From: the human T2T-CHM13v2.0 reference genome, Homo sapiens
Strand: one strand, 5' to 3'
Assembly (NCBI RefSeq): GCF_009914755.1
Contig: NC_060932.1
DNA length: 64,000 bases
Under the pieces are notes generated by a model, which saw only the letters and a program-made list of their open reading frames with translations, did not search any database and was not told the origin of the DNA. Below are positions 37,850 to 59,447 of this stretch, piece by piece (positions within the stretch are counted from its first letter, which is position 1; the number at the start of each line of letters is the position of its first letter). Made by a program: the position numbers and the translations under genes.

Positions 37850-40260
37850 AAAAAATGTGTTGAAATACATATAACATAAAATTTCCCACTTAAGCCACTT
37901 TTGTGTATAACTCAGTGGCATTCATTACATTCATAATCTGTGCAAGCATCACTACTCTGACAAAACTCTCTTCCCATTAACCAAGGTTAATAACTCCCAA
38001 TTCCTTTCTCCTCCCAGCTTCTGGCAACTACCATTAGACTTCTGTATCTACGAATTTGCGTCTCTTCCTATATGTGGAATCATACAGTATGGTCCTTTTG
38101 TGTCTAGCCTCTTTCATTTAGCATGTCTTCAAGGTCCATCCATATTGTAGCATGCATCAGAGCTTAATTTTGACGGCTGAATAATATTCCATTGTGTGTG
38201 TGTGTGTGTGTGTCTGTGTGTGTGTGTGTGTGTGTGTATGTATACTGAACCACGTTTTGTTTCTTCCCATGTTGGGCATTTCAGTTGTTTCTAGCTTTTG
38301 GCTCTGGTGAATAATACCTCAATGAACATTGGTATGCAAGTATTTGCCTGAGTCCTTTTTACTTCTTCTGGGTGTTTTCATAGGAGTGAAGTTGCTGGAT
38401 CATATGGTAATTCTATGTTTAACTTCTTGAGGAACTGCCAAGCTGTTTTCCACAGTGGTTGCGTCGCTACATTCCCACCAGCAATGTCCAAGGGTTCCCA
38501 TTTTTCCACATCCTCTTCCACATTTGCTATTTTCCTTTAAAAAAAAATTATAGCCTGGTGTTGTGGCTCATGCCTGTAAACCCAGCATTTTTGGAGGCCA
38601 AGGTGGGAGGATTGCTTGAGCCCAGGAGTTCCAGGCCAGCCTGCGCAACACAGGGAGGCCCCATAGCTACAAAAAAAAAAATTATCTGGCTGTGGTGGTG
38701 CATGCCTATGGACTCAGCTACTCAAGAGGCTGAGGTGGGAGGATCACTTGACCCCAGGAGGTGGAGGCTGCAGTAAGCCATGATCGTGCCACTGCACTGT
38801 AGCCCAGACGACAAAGTGAGATCCTGTCTCAAAAAAAATATATAGATATATTTATATATAGCCATATATATATATATATAGCCATCTTAGGTGTGAAATG
38901 CTATCTCATTATGGTTTTCATTTGCATTTCCTTAATGATTAGCAATGTTGAGCATCTTTTCCTGTGTTTATTGGTCATTTGTATATCTTCTTTGGAGAAA
39001 TGTCTGTTCAAGCTCTTTGTCCTCTTTTTCTCCCCACTGTATTATTTTTTAGAGTAGTTTTTAAGTTAACAGCAAAACTGAGCAGAAAGTAGAGAATTCC
39101 CATATACCTCTCACCTCCACACATGCATAGGCTGACCCACATTCAACATCCCTCATCAGAGTGGTACATCTAATACAATTGATTAACCAAATTGACATAT
39201 CATTAGCACCCAGAATGCATATTTACGTTAGAGGTCACTCTTGGTGTTGGTATGCAAGTTTTGATGAGTGTATAATGACATGAATCCACATGATAGTAGC
39301 ATATAGAATAGTTTTACTGCCCTAAAAATCCTCTGTGCTCATCCTATTCATTTCTTCCTTCCTGCTAATCCCTCCCTTTGCACATTTTAAAATGGGATTG
39401 TTTTTGTGTTGTTCAGTTGTAGGAGTTTTTTACGTATTCTGGACATCAAACCCTTATAGGATATATGATTTATACATATTTTCTCCCATTCTGTGGATTG
39501 TGTTTTTACTCTCTTGATAGTGTCCATTGATGCATACAAGTTTTTTATTTTCAAAAAGTTTAGTTTATCTATATATTCTTTTGTTACCTGTGCTTTTTAA
39601 GTGTCATACTTAAGAAACCACTGCCTAATCTAAGACCATGCAGATTTGCCCCATGTTTTCTTTTAAGAGTTTTATAGTTCTGCCTCTTAAATTTAGGCTT
39701 TTGATTCACTGTTAGTTTTTATATATGGTATAGGGTAAGGGTCTAACTTCATTTCGCATGTGGATATCCAGTTTTTTCAGCACCATTTGTTGAAAACACT
39801 CTCTTTTTCCCATTGAGTGGCCTTGACACTCTTGCTGAAATCAATTGACTAGAGACATTTGGGTTTATTTCTGGGTTCTAAATTTTATTCCATTGGTTGA
39901 TATGTCTATTTTTATGCCAGCACCACACTTAGTGCTGTTTTGATTACACTTTTTTGATTACTGTAGCTTTGTAATACGTTTTGAAATCAGAACATGTGAG
40001 CCCTCCAACTTTGTTTTTCTTTTTCAAGATTATTTTTGGCTATTTTGAGTCTCTTAATTCTTTATGAATTTTAGAATGGGATTTTTCATTTCTGCAAAAG
40101 ATGCTCTTGAGATTTTGATAGGGATTGCATTGGATCTGTATAAAGCTTTGGATAGTATTCTCATCCTAACAATATTAAGTCTTCCAATCCATGAACATGG
40201 GATGTCTTTCAATTTATTTGGGTCTTGTTAAAATTTCTTTTGGAAATGTTTTATATTTTT
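37850..40260 (-). mobile_element. L1MB-like antisense 3' region with a nested L1MC-like piece (about 39040-39370) and AluJ (+, 38551-38840)
   Basis: ttgaaatacatataacataaaattt; ggtaattctatgtttaac; gtcttccaatccatgaacatgggatg. Confidence 0.85.
38193..38240. repeat. (TG)n microsatellite (interrupted)
   Basis: TG run with one TC and one TA interruption. Confidence 0.95.
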
Positions 40261-40488
40261 TCACTGATTACATTTTAAGTTAGTTGTTTGCTGATGCTCT
40301 CTAGGAAGACAGTAGCATATCTCTAGAATATAAGAGGGTCTTTCTGAGATGCTGAGTCTTATAAAGTTTAGCTAAAAAGGGAGAAAGCAGTATTTATTTT
40401 TAATACCAGAATTGGTTTCCCCAGTCATGGTTTTTGAGAATTATTAAACAAGGTGAAAAAGAAACTTGTATGGCTTTCAGATTCTTAG

Positions 40489-40765
<277 letters not shown>

Positions 40766-41343
40766 GGGAGTCTAGCTTTAAAAAAAATCTTTCAGGAAGA
40801 TATTATTGTTGAATCCATGTTCAATATTGTAATATCATCTCTAATACCATCTTCTATTATTATATCCACATTGCAGTCTATATCATATAATAATATAGAA
40901 CAAACACTTTAGATGTTTGACTTTCTGGAGCCCCATCTTCTTTTTCATACCCCAATTTTGTTGTAATTCTGCAAACATTCAAACCTGAACATTCAAACAT
41001 TCTAACCCTCTTCCAAGAATGACTCTTGACTTCATTCTTCAGGTAATGGTGCCACATCAAACACTGCCTAACAAGGCAAACAGAGAACTATTATTTAGTC
41101 AAACCTTTTGGGCTTAGAGAAATAAAATGGTGGCAGACCTTTGTTTGGGAGGCAAAGCAAGGTGAGAAGAGTAAGGCCGATGTATTTTTCTGACCCTCAT
41201 CATTTACCTTGTGTTTGTTTATTGACTTTTGTAAGGTTAGCATGAGGCCTCTGATATTAGCAGCATATATTGAATATTCTCTCAATATTTTGAGCACTTT
41301 AAAAATCTTCCACCTGATTTAATCTTCATAATAAGTTCACAAA

Positions 41344-41973
41344 GCCAGCCCTGCTGGCTCACACCTGTAATCCTAGCACTTTGGGAGGCCAAGGTGGGAG
41401 GATCACTTGAGTCCAGGAATTCAAGACCAGCCTAGGTGACAGAGTGAGGCACTCTGTCTAAGAAAAAGAAGAAAGAAAAAAAATTCTGCAAGACAAATAT
41501 TATTATGCCTATTTTATAAGAAAGTCAACTCAGATTGAATACTTTGCCATGGTCATCCATAGAGTAAGTGATAGAGCTACATTTAAGCCGGAACGATCTG
41601 ATTCTGAAACCCATGCTCTTGTGATTTTCCTAGTCTTCTTTAATATACCTTGAGAATAAAAATCTTCCTTTTTTTTTTTTTTTTTTTTGAGACAGCGTCT
41701 CACACCTGTTGCACAGGCTGGAGTGCAGTGGCACGATCATAGCTCACTGCATCTTTGACCTCCCTGGGCTTAGGCGATCTTCCCACCTCAGCCTCTGGAG
41801 TAGCTGGGACCACAGGTGTGTGCCACCACACCTGGCTAGTTTTTTGTACTTTTAGTAGAGGACAAGGTTTTGCTATGTTTCCTAGGCTTGTCTTGAACTC
41901 TTGGGCTCAAGCGATCCACCAGCCTCGGCCTCCCAAAGTACTAGGATTGTAGCATGAGCTACTGCACCTGGCC
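41344..41973. mobile_element. FLAM (+, 41344-41483), MIR (about 41490-41620) and AluJ (-, 41668-41973)
   Basis: Element motifs read directly. Confidence 0.8.
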
Positions 41974-42356
41974 TAAATCATTCTTTCTTAATAGGTATTT
42001 AGCTAACAAGCCCAGGCATCACATTTCTCAATCTGCTATTTACAGAATGATTCAACCTGGTCATGATGGCGGCCTGAACAAGGACAGTAGTTGAGAGAGA
42101 GGAAGGGACTAATTGGAGACCTATTATTGGCTTAGAAATAATAGGAGTTAGTTGATGATGGGTGGGTGAGAAAGAGCAGGTGGTGTCAAGATGAGTCCAG
42201 ATGCAGGATCATTGAGAACCTTCTGCCTTTTAGACAATAAATCCATTTCAGGGAAGCAACTGCCATTAAAACTTATTTTCTCTGTGGCATGCTAGACCCT
42301 GGTCATTTATAATTTATAATTTATTATCTGTGAGCAATCAGAAGGTTGTTCAACCA

Positions 42357-42644
42357 TTTTTTTTTTTTGAGATAAGATTTCTCTCCCGTCATCCAGTCTG
42401 GGGTGCAGTGGCATGATCTTGGCTCGCTGCAGCCTCTGCCTCCTGGGAGGTTCAAGTGATTCTCCTGCCTCAGCCTCTTGAGTAGCTGGGATTACAGGTG
42501 AGCCACCACACCCGGCTAATTTTTGTATTTTTAGGATTTCACCATTGTTGCCCAGGCTGGTTTTAAACTCCTGACCTCAAGTAATCTGCCTGACTCAGCT
42601 TCCCAAAGTGCTGGGATTATAGGCATGAGCCACTGCGCCCAACC
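42357..42644 (-). mobile_element. AluS SINE
   Basis: Dimeric Alu; TSD tgttcaac(c/t)attttt. Confidence 0.88.
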
Positions 42645-43065
42645 TGTTCAACTATTTTTTAAATTTTATCCTCCAATTCATTCCCCTCTGTGTCATTTGA
42701 GTTTCTATAATTTATAATCAAAAGAGTCCTGACTAATAAAGGGGGAAGTTTTTTGCTATAGGGCTGTTCCCAACCTTGGGATTAGGAAAGGTTTTGGGAT
42801 AAATACCTTGCACACGTCAAGGTCTACTGTATTTTTTCAAGTATTCAGGGGCTTGATTTTGCATCTAATTTTACTGACTTCATGTAAAGCCTTGTGTTAA
42901 ATGGTGGGAAACTTTGCTAGCTTCAAATATGCCTAAAACCTCCTCAAATAGTTTAAATATTTGCTTACTCCTTTCATAACCCCTAAAGAGCTGAGAAAAA
43001 AAATTGATGAAGACTAAAAAATTATTTGTTGTTTCTGAGATGAATGTGACCATTATTATGGTTGG

Positions 43066-43066
<1 letters not shown>

Positions 43067-43106
<40 letters not shown>

Positions 43107-43436
43107 ACACTCTCTCTCTCTCTTACTTTTTTTTTGTTTATTTTGAGACAGGGTCTCACTCTGTTGCCAAGGCTGGAGTGCAGTGGCATGATCTTGGCTC
43201 ACTGCAGCCTCTGCCTCTGGGTTCAAGTGATTCTTCCACCTCAGCCTCCCAAGTAGGTGGAACTACAGGCGCCCACCACCACCACCACACCCAGCTAATT
43301 TTTTTTTGTATTTTTTGGTAAAGTGGAGGTTTCGCCATGTTGGCCAGGCTGCTCTTGAACTCCTGACCTCAGGTGATCCACCTGCCTCGGCCTCCCAAAG
43401 TGCTGAAATTATAGACATGAGCCACTGTGCCCAGTC
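43067..43436 (-). mobile_element. AluS with (TTTC)n/(TC)n tail-derived microsatellite (43067-43122)
   Basis: Antisense Alu preceded by TTTC repeats. Confidence 0.88.
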
Positions 43437-44519
43437 TCATTATGGACTTTAGCAAGTATAAGGAAGAAAGTGGTTTGAATTGCTGGATAGAGAGTTTTAA
43501 ACTCAGTGGGAGGAAGACTGGGGAGGAGCTATTGGCCTTGCCAGTGCACTGAGTAACGCAGTCATCTCTGCATCCACTGCCCTTTCTTACTCTGGCACCT
43601 TGGACAGCTCCACTCTGCCTGGCCCGACTAAGTGGGCCCCACTGACCTGCTGTCCAATGACATCTTCAGCATTATGGGAACATTTTTTTTATTGTAATAT
43701 TTTAATTTTGTTTAGAGCTGTAACATTCTTATGCTGTCCATCTGAGCTTCCTTTTTTATCCTTCAAGGTTTCTGGACTACATGGTTTGGTAACAATCATG
43801 GTTTGGTTTTTATTTTTAATGTATACATCTTTCACATTGTACACTCTATTTTTTTGCTTTGTAAGAGTCATCTGTGCTTATTTAAAAAAAAAATTGGAAA
43901 GCACATCAAAGCATAAAGACCCGGGGGGAAAAAACCTACCCATTATTACACAACTTGAAGCCAGTAGCATTCACATTTGGGCATATTTCTCTGTGGTATC
44001 TTTTGGGAGAGTTCCAAGCTTGGCTTGGCAGCTAGCCTTGCTTCTATCCTGGGCTCTTTGACCTCCTGGGCTTCACTCCTCCCTTAATAGAGGTTTACTT
44101 AATCGACCTTCCCTTCCTCTTTCTGCCTTCCCATAGACACAATTAAAGCCAGCTGCTTGAGGATTCTGGTAACTGGTGAGGACAGCTGATTCTGAGCCCG
44201 CTGGCAAGAGGGCAGGCTGAGAGGGTGGGGTTGGACTCTGGCTGATGCAGGGGCACCGGGCAGGAAGCTCAGCAGCTGGGCAGGGGCCTGGACACAGGGC
44301 TGCCCGTGCAGAAGCCACGTGGTCCTGCTCTCACATTTTCCCTGCTGTTCAGAGCCAGCCAAAGCTGAGGGCATATGCTTGACACCGGACGGTGGGTGGG
44401 GGGGGTCCCTCAGAAACCAACTTCCTGCTTATTATGTCAGGCCTCAGCAGGGGATATTTTTTCATTATTCTCTTAATTGTTTTGAGTAGGAACACAGTCA
44501 CATGGTTCATGGAGCAGAA

Positions 44520-45360
<841 letters not shown>

Positions 45361-46274
45361 AAGTATGCAATGCAGTCTTTGTTTCTCTTGGGGGATTATT
45401 ACATACTTCTTATATGTTGCTTTGAACTGTTCTTCATTTTTTTTTTTTTCCATTTGGATGCTGTCCTCCCAGTTAGAGGGCAAGTTTATTGAGAGCAAGG
45501 GCCAAGTGTTTTATTGCTTTTGAAGTGTCTGCATTTATAAATAATATAATACTGCACCCTAGGAGCATAAGAACTACTACTGCCTTCAGTATCATTTGGG
45601 AGATTAAGCCAATTAAACTTGAATGACAAGAGGATTCTCACGCCTGATTAGAGTTCAGTTGAACTGATTTCGATTTCTCTCTCCAAAGTCAAGGTATTCC
45701 AAATCCTTGTTTCAGGTAGTTATGGGAGGAATCCTGAGAGGAGAGCCCTTGACCGGGGCCTACAGCAGTTTTGCTTACTTCTATGTCAGCTTCTATCCTG
45801 GATCCGGGTGTCGGTTTCCCAGATGCAACCCCAGGGTCGCCCCAACATCAGCAAGTCTAATTGCTGCCGGTCCTGTCACTTACTTTCCTCAATTTGTGCC
45901 AGTGCCTGCCCCAAACTCAGCAAGAGAACAAAGAGCTGCTTTTAAGCTTTTTGTATCTGCCACATATGCAAACATGACATCATTGCAGTTTCGTTTGCCT
46001 ATATCCTGGTAGTGAAAATGTCCTCAGTGTTTCTTTGTTGTCTCAGTTGCCACTGTACTGGAGTCTCCCCTGTGTCTAATTCTGCCTGGGGGTCCAGGGG
46101 TTTTCACACTCTTTGGCTTGAATATCCCCTGAAAGAACTTTGTAAAATTGCATGCCCCCTCGCATGTTGACAATCTACATGCAACATTTTACTATACGTT
46201 TAAATAGTTGTAAGGATATGTTTTACAGAATATTGTCAATATTGACACTCAACTTAGTTTAAAAAATAAAGTTG

Positions 46275-46575
46275 GGCCGGGTACAGCGGCTCATGCCTGT
46301 AATCCCAGTGCTTTGGGAGGCCAAGGCAGGAAGATCGGTTGAGGCCAGGAGTTTGAGACCAGCCTGGGTAACATACCAAGACCTCATCACTACAGAAAAT
46401 TTAAAAAATTAGCCCAGTGTAGTGGTGTACACCTGTAGTACCAGCTACTTACAAGGCTGAGGTGGGAGGATTGCTTGAGCTAGGGAGGTTGAGGCTGCAG
46501 TGAGCTGTGATTGCACTGCGGCACTCCAGCCCGGGCGACAGAGCAGTGAGACCTTGTCTCCAAAAAAAAAAAAAA
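46275..46575 (+). mobile_element. AluJ SINE
   Basis: Dimeric Alu. Confidence 0.9.
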
Positions 46576-46719
46576 GTTGTTAGGTAGACATGTACACAAG
46601 TGTATGTACGTTAAGCTCTCATACAAACATACACATACTGTATATACACACACACTCCCAATTATATATATGTGTGTGTGTACACACAGACATATATATA
46701 TACACATACACACACTCCC

Positions 46720-48290
<1,571 letters not shown>

Positions 48291-48825
48291 CCTGTTACAT
48301 TATTATTTTTTTTGATGGTATACAAAGGAATCTCATCGTGTTTGATTCCTGCCATCATCCATTAAAATAATACCTGGACAAGCTCTCCTTGAAACATAAG
48401 AAATGTTATATCATTTTTTTTTCTAAATTTGAATTTCCATTCCACTTCCCACACAGCTTTTCCTCACATATATTTTTATCCTTGAAAGTCTTTTGCTGGT
48501 CACCCTATCATACTGCACAAAAAGTATAGACCTATATTGATATTTTTATTTCCTGTGACCATTGAACAAGCGTTTAATCATTTCTTCTGATGAAGTTGTC
48601 ATCAGTAGTAGTAATACAAATTGGCCAAAACAACAATATGTATTTCCAATGAATAAGTCCTATTAAATAGGGAGTTAGATTTAAGTTAGAAATATCTTCC
48701 TTAATGGGACAGTTGGCCTTTTTCTCCAGTTAGTTTATGTGTCTAGGTTTGGTTCCTACTCACTGCTAGAATCAATTCTGTTTCTCCATGACACTGCAGA
48801 GGAAACCTGTTTGTATAAAAAGTAG

Positions 48826-49165
48826 AGCCAGGCTTGGTGGTTCACGTCTGTAATCCCAGCACTTTGGGAGGCCAAGGCGGGTGGATAATTAGAGTCCAGG
48901 GGTTCGAGACCAGCCTGGGCAACATGGTGAAATCCTGTCTCTAAAAAATACAAAAATTAGCCAGGCGTGGTGGCACGTGCCTGTGGTCCCAGCTACTGGG
49001 GAGGCTGAGGTGGGAGCTCCTTGAACCCAGGAGGTCCAGGCTGCAGTGAGCTGAGCTGCGATTGCACCATTGCCCAGTTGTTTGAGGCTGCAGTGAACCA
49101 CGATTGTGCCACTGCACTCTAGCCTGGAAGACAGAGTGAAACCCTGTCTCCAAAAAATTAAAAAG
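48826..49165 (+). mobile_element. AluJ with internal right-arm duplication
   Basis: ggctgcagtga...cgattg occurs twice. Confidence 0.85.
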
Positions 49166-49649
49166 TAGATAGAAATGGAAATAATTGTATTACCGTACTA
49201 TCAGTTAATTCTTTGAGCTCATTCTGAGCCAAAAACCCTATGCTGATTTATCGTCAAAAATAATTTTTAATGCTCTATCCACATGCAATTCAATGAGATC
49301 TCCTTAGGCTTGAGGGAAAGGAAAAATGTTGGAAAGCCCCTGACTTTGCAAAAGCAAATTTTACTCAGTCCTTGTGGTTATATGTTGGTTCAGCACTAAT
49401 ACCAGGATTGGGTTTGGTGCCCCAGGAAACATGCCATGGTAAGATTAGGATGGGTAAGGGGTGTCCTCTTCTTTTTATAAAGTAGAAAAGGGCTACTGGG
49501 GAAAGTAAGACCCTGCCCCTCCCTCGCAGGCAAGGGCTCAGGCAGATCAGTTGCAGAAAAGCGGGCCTGGAAATCAATTCCTTTCAAACTGTTGGTGCCC
49601 TTGTACTGAAGAGGAAGTGTTCTTATACCTCCATTTGAAGACCATTATT

Positions 49650-50102
<453 letters not shown>

Positions 50103-50329
50103 TAAATTTGGCTGCTCAGTTAGACAGGCGTTACGAAGTGAATAGACTCCTGGGAAAAGAGGAAGAAAATAAGTGAGAAAACATTGCTGTCTCTTTATCT
50201 TTTGAAAATACACGTGGGCCCTGACCAGGTGACACCTTCTTCACCAGTGACGGAATGACTATTGGTGAAGACACAGTTGACAGGCAGTGGGTTACAGAAT
50301 GAGCAGAGAGAAAGACCCGGATTTGGCGG

Positions 50330-50676
50330 GCTGTCATGGTCTGCTTGGGCTGCCCTAACAAAATACCACAGCAGGCTGGGTGGCTTCAACAGCCGGCATT
50401 TATTTTCTCACCATTCTGGAGGATGGAAGTCTGGGATCAGGGTGCCAGCATGGTCACATTCTGGTAGGGACCCTCTCCCTGGCTTGCAGGTGGCTGCCTG
50501 TCATTGTGTGCCCATGTGGCCTTCCCTTGGTGAGTGCATGGGCAGAGACAGAATCTTTCTTTCCATCTTTGTTTGTTTGTTTGTTTGTTTGTTTGAGACA
50601 GGGTCTTGCTGTGTCACCCAGGCTGGAGTGAAGTGACGTGATCATGGCTCACAGACGTGAGCCACTGCATCCGGCC
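50330..50676 (-). mobile_element. MLT1 LTR fragment (50330-50550) and internally deleted Alu (50568-50676)
   Basis: gggctgccctaacaaaataccac, ttctggaggatggaagtctgggatcagggtgccagca. Confidence 0.8.
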
Positions 50677-50779
50677 TCTGGGGTCTTTTTTCATTTTGAG
50701 TAAGCAAACACCTAAAGTACTTTTTTCACGTGGAATGAGTGGTGGTAAACAATGTGAGTTTTGACAGGTCTCAATATTT

Positions 50780-53084
<2,305 letters not shown>

Positions 53085-53313
53085 TAAAATTGTATTCCAG
53101 TCCTCTCCTCCTGCCTTCGACTCCCTGGTTTGTCTCCTTACCTTGCATAAAGGTCCCCACAGCAATGCAACCTGGAGAGTCCTCTGGCAGACTCAACTTG
53201 AAGGTGTGGGAGCTTCCTGTGCTGGTCAGTCTGTTGACCCAGACACCAGATCCTCTGGGGCGGCAAGGATGAAAGACTCTGGTTGTGCTAATGGAGCTCC
53301 CTCATTGTTTACC

Positions 53314-53608
53314 TGTCAGAGAAAAATTGCGCTGAACAAGTTAAGTAGGCAAAGAAAACTTTTTTCAAGACTATTGCATTGGGGGTCAAGACTCAACCCT
53401 GAATATAACAGTGGCAGCTGGGGATTTGTAGACAATGGACAAGGTGCAGGGGCCAGTGGATGGAAAAGTAATGCAAGGAACTTGGTAAAGTAACAAGGGT
53501 GGGGGATTCTTGCAGAACCAGATTCAGCAGGCCAAGGATGAGGCCTGGTCAAGAAGAGCATTCAGAGGAGCCTGACTCAAGTTTGGTCAAGGACCAGGAG
53601 TCACTGTT
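53314..53608 (-). mobile_element. MER31-like ERV1 LTR
   Basis: Reverse complement begins tccttgaccaaacttgagtcaggctcctctga, as I recall for MER31. Confidence 0.65.
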
Positions 53609-53908
53609 GGCCCCTCCTTCATTCAAGGTACTGTGAATATTTCTGTTCAATACTGGGCCTCTTGGCCAAGTGGCTACCCTCCTCACTGGACTTGATAGCT
53701 CAGGCCTCTGATATTTCTTTATTTTGCATGGTTCCGATTGGTGAGGTTTCCTTAAAGCTTACTCAGCTGTAATGCTTTGGCAAGCAGAATCAAATTGTGT
53801 TTAAGCCCAGGCTTTGGAATCAGAAGCACTTAGGTTCAGATCTTGTCTCTGCCACTTATTAGCTGTATGACTTTGGGCAGGTCACTTAAGAATATTTTCT
53901 TCCCTTGG

Positions 53909-54064
53909 TGTGGGGGGAGGGGGGAGGGACAGCATTAGGAGATATACCTAATGTAAATGACGAGTTAATGGGTGCAGCACACCAACATGGCACATGTATA
54001 CATATGTAACAAACCTGCACATTGTGCACATGTACCCTAGAAATTAAAGTATAAAAAAAAAAAA
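53909..54064 (+). mobile_element. L1PA (L1PA4-like) 5'-truncated 3' end
   Basis: gcattaggagatatacctaatgtaaatgacgagttaatgggtgcagcacaccaacatgg then polyA; 21-bp TSD (53888-53908, 54065-54085). Confidence 0.92.
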
Positions 54065-54083
54065 AAGAATATTTTCTTCCCTT

Positions 54084-54829
<746 letters not shown>

Positions 54830-55029
54830 CAGAGTTGTTAACTATTGATGTTATTATTCACTAAATGGAAGCTACCATTAATTTTCACATTTTATTGATC
54901 CAGACTCACACCATGTAGATCTCCTGAAGCCAGCATCAGCCCCAACATACTTCTCATATCATGGCTAGTGTACAAGTTTACCTAGGCTTGGCATCTGGCA
55001 AGCATCTAATATGCACCAGTAACCAATAG

Positions 55030-55356
<327 letters not shown>

Positions 55357-56058
55357 TGATAGAAGCAAATCTCTGAGGCCCTTTATGGTACCTCTCTTAC
55401 TCTGAAAAGCATTTCTTGGTCTTCTTCAATTCGCACTGCACTAACTATAAGGAAAATGTCCTAACTTTATTCCGATGGTAGCATGTATCAAGGCCATTGG
55501 AACACTCTTTCTTAATGGCATAATTATTGCAGCAGTTACCTACATCAGTACTTAAAGTGGAGTGGGGTGTTAATGCTATGCAGCTTTGCTGCTCTTTCAT
55601 GCCTATCAAATGCTTCTCTTCAAGTTACCATTTCCTGCATAATGCTATTACTCTATTAGATAAATTGATATGTCCTCTATAGCCTCTTTACTTTCAAAAG
55701 TATGTCTGAGAGCTTTCAGAAGTTTGAGAAGGGGTGTGTGTGTTGTGCAAACTAAGGGGGAAATGGAGGGCAGAAAGCCCTGTCATTTTTGTAGTAGCTC
55801 ACATAGAAGCTCAAGACAAAAGACAGAAATGGAATCTGTCCCCATAATTCACAAATTATGGGGACTGTACATGTTGTTTCCATTTTTGATATCATCTCTA
55901 ACTTCTCTGTTCTCTGATATTAAGCAAGAAAAATTAGCATCACCCAGAATATTACAATGGGTGTCTAAATGAACATGCGTTCCACTTTCAGCAAGCCTCA
56001 ACCTTGGCTTCACTCCCAGGGCTGATGGCACAACAGGGCTGAAATCACCACTGAGTCA

Positions 56059-56457
<399 letters not shown>

Positions 56458-56536
56458 CTAGGAATAGTGCTAATTTTTAGTGAGGTAGAAATTAAGGCAG
56501 CAAACAGTGATTTAGAAGGAATTTTTGGTCCAGTTC

Positions 56537-57050
56537 TGTATTAAGGGATTGCCAGAGAAACAGATCCAACAGAGTATGTGAGTGTATAAAGATTTAGTAT
56601 AGAATTGACTCACACAATTATGAAGGCTGACAAGTCCCAGGATTTGCAGTTGGATGGCTGGAGACCCAGAAGGGCTGGTGATGTAAATTCTAGTTCGAAA
56701 ACCAGCAGGCTTGAGACTCAAGAAGAGCTGATGTGTCCGTGCAAGTCTGAAGGAAGAGGTGATGTCTCAGTTCAAGTCAGAAGGAAGAAGCGATGTCTCA
56801 GTTCAAGTCTAAAGGCAGGAAACAGCTGATGTCAACTGTGATGCTCAACAGTGAGGCAGGAGTTCTTTCATACTCAGCCATTTTGTTCTAGTCAGGTCTT
56901 CAACTGTTTGGATGAGGCCCAAGCACAGCAGGCTTTACTCAGTCTCTCGATTCCAATGTTAATGTCATCCCCAGACACCTGAATAACGTCTGACCCAATG
57001 TTTGGACACTCCTGACCCAATCAAGCTGACACATAAAATTAGCCATCACA
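56537..57050 (-). mobile_element. MLT2 (ERVL) solo LTR
   Basis: tgtattaagggattgccagagaaacag to gacacataaaattagccatcaca. Confidence 0.85.
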
Positions 57051-57172
57051 AAGTGCCTCCTCCTCAATATCATTTTGGTATTTGGGTAGTCCCTTCAACT
57101 GTCTGAAACATAAAGGAGAGAATAGAATGAGAGCAAATCTTTACTCCCTTTCCTGATAGCACCATAGCTTCT

Positions 57173-57841
<669 letters not shown>

Positions 57842-58097
57842 CATAGCTCCTATTTTAATTGTACCTGTAAATGTTGGCTGCCCCCTTTAATCAAACTCAC
57901 CCCATGTTAATGCATCAGTCACTAAACTAGGATAAAGGTAGGAGTTACTGAAATGCTGCTTTCCACTGGCACCACTTTGTGAGGAAAAGGGAACCCTAGA
58001 AAAATAACATTGTGGGCATGATTTCTTTATCGTACGGTGAATTCAGCCTTGCAGTGATTTTTTCAGAGATGAACAGAATTTAAAGTGTTAGAACTCA

Positions 58098-58707
<610 letters not shown>

Positions 58708-58735
58708 TCAGGTGTAGCAATTGTACTCTTGAATT

Positions 58736-58921
58736 TACTGGTTCTCAAAGTGTATTCCTTTGATCAGCATCAATATCACCTGGGGATTTGTTAGCACTAG
58801 GAAATCTCAGGTCCCATCCAAAACCGACTAAATCAGAAACTCTAGGGGTGGACCCTAGAAATCTGCATTGTAACAAGCCACCCAGGTGACTCTGATGCAT
58901 GCCCATGTTTCAGAATCACGG
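58736..58921. mobile_element. MER5A hAT-Charlie DNA transposon
   Basis: ggttctcaaagtg, atcacctggg, aatcagaaactct, aatctgcatt, aacaagcc, caggtgactctgatgca. Confidence 0.85.
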
Positions 58922-58998
58922 ACTGAGTATATTTGCTGTGTAGTTGCTTGGTGGTGATGTATGCATCTTGAAATTGACCTAAAACCTAGAAAGGTAAC

Positions 58999-59345
58999 CG
59001 ATATGGTTTGGCTGTGTCCCCATCCAAATCTCATCTTGAATTGTGGCTTCCACAATTCTCACGTGTCATGGGAGGGACCCGGTGGGAGGTAATTGAATCG
59101 GGGGGTGGGTCTTCCCTGTGCAGTTCTTGAGATAGAGAGATCTGATGGTTTTATAAAGGGGAGTTTCCCTGCACAAACTCTCATTTGCTCTTGCCTGTGG
59201 CCATGTAAGATGTGCCTTTAGCCTTCCACCACGATTGTGAGGCCTCCTCAGCCACATGGAACTGTGAGTCCATTAAACCTCTTTCTTTATAAATTACCCA
59301 GTCTTGGGTATGTCTTTATCAGCAACCTGAAAATGGACTAATAGA
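58999..59345 (+). mobile_element. THE1-type MaLR solo LTR
   Basis: gatatggtttggctgtgtcccc to aaatggactaata; TSD gtaa(c/g). Confidence 0.9.
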
Positions 59346-59447
59346 GTAAGCAGAATTCTAGAGAACTTCAAAACTGTATAGATGACACTCTTCCTTTTAG
59401 CAGGCATTTTCATCACTGTGTGGTTGCTCAGTTTAGTCATATGCCCA

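Noticed and set aside
43600-44061. 153-aa hydrophobic ORF
   Set aside because: TTG start; hydrophobicity follows from T-rich DNA; no exon structure or recognisable homology
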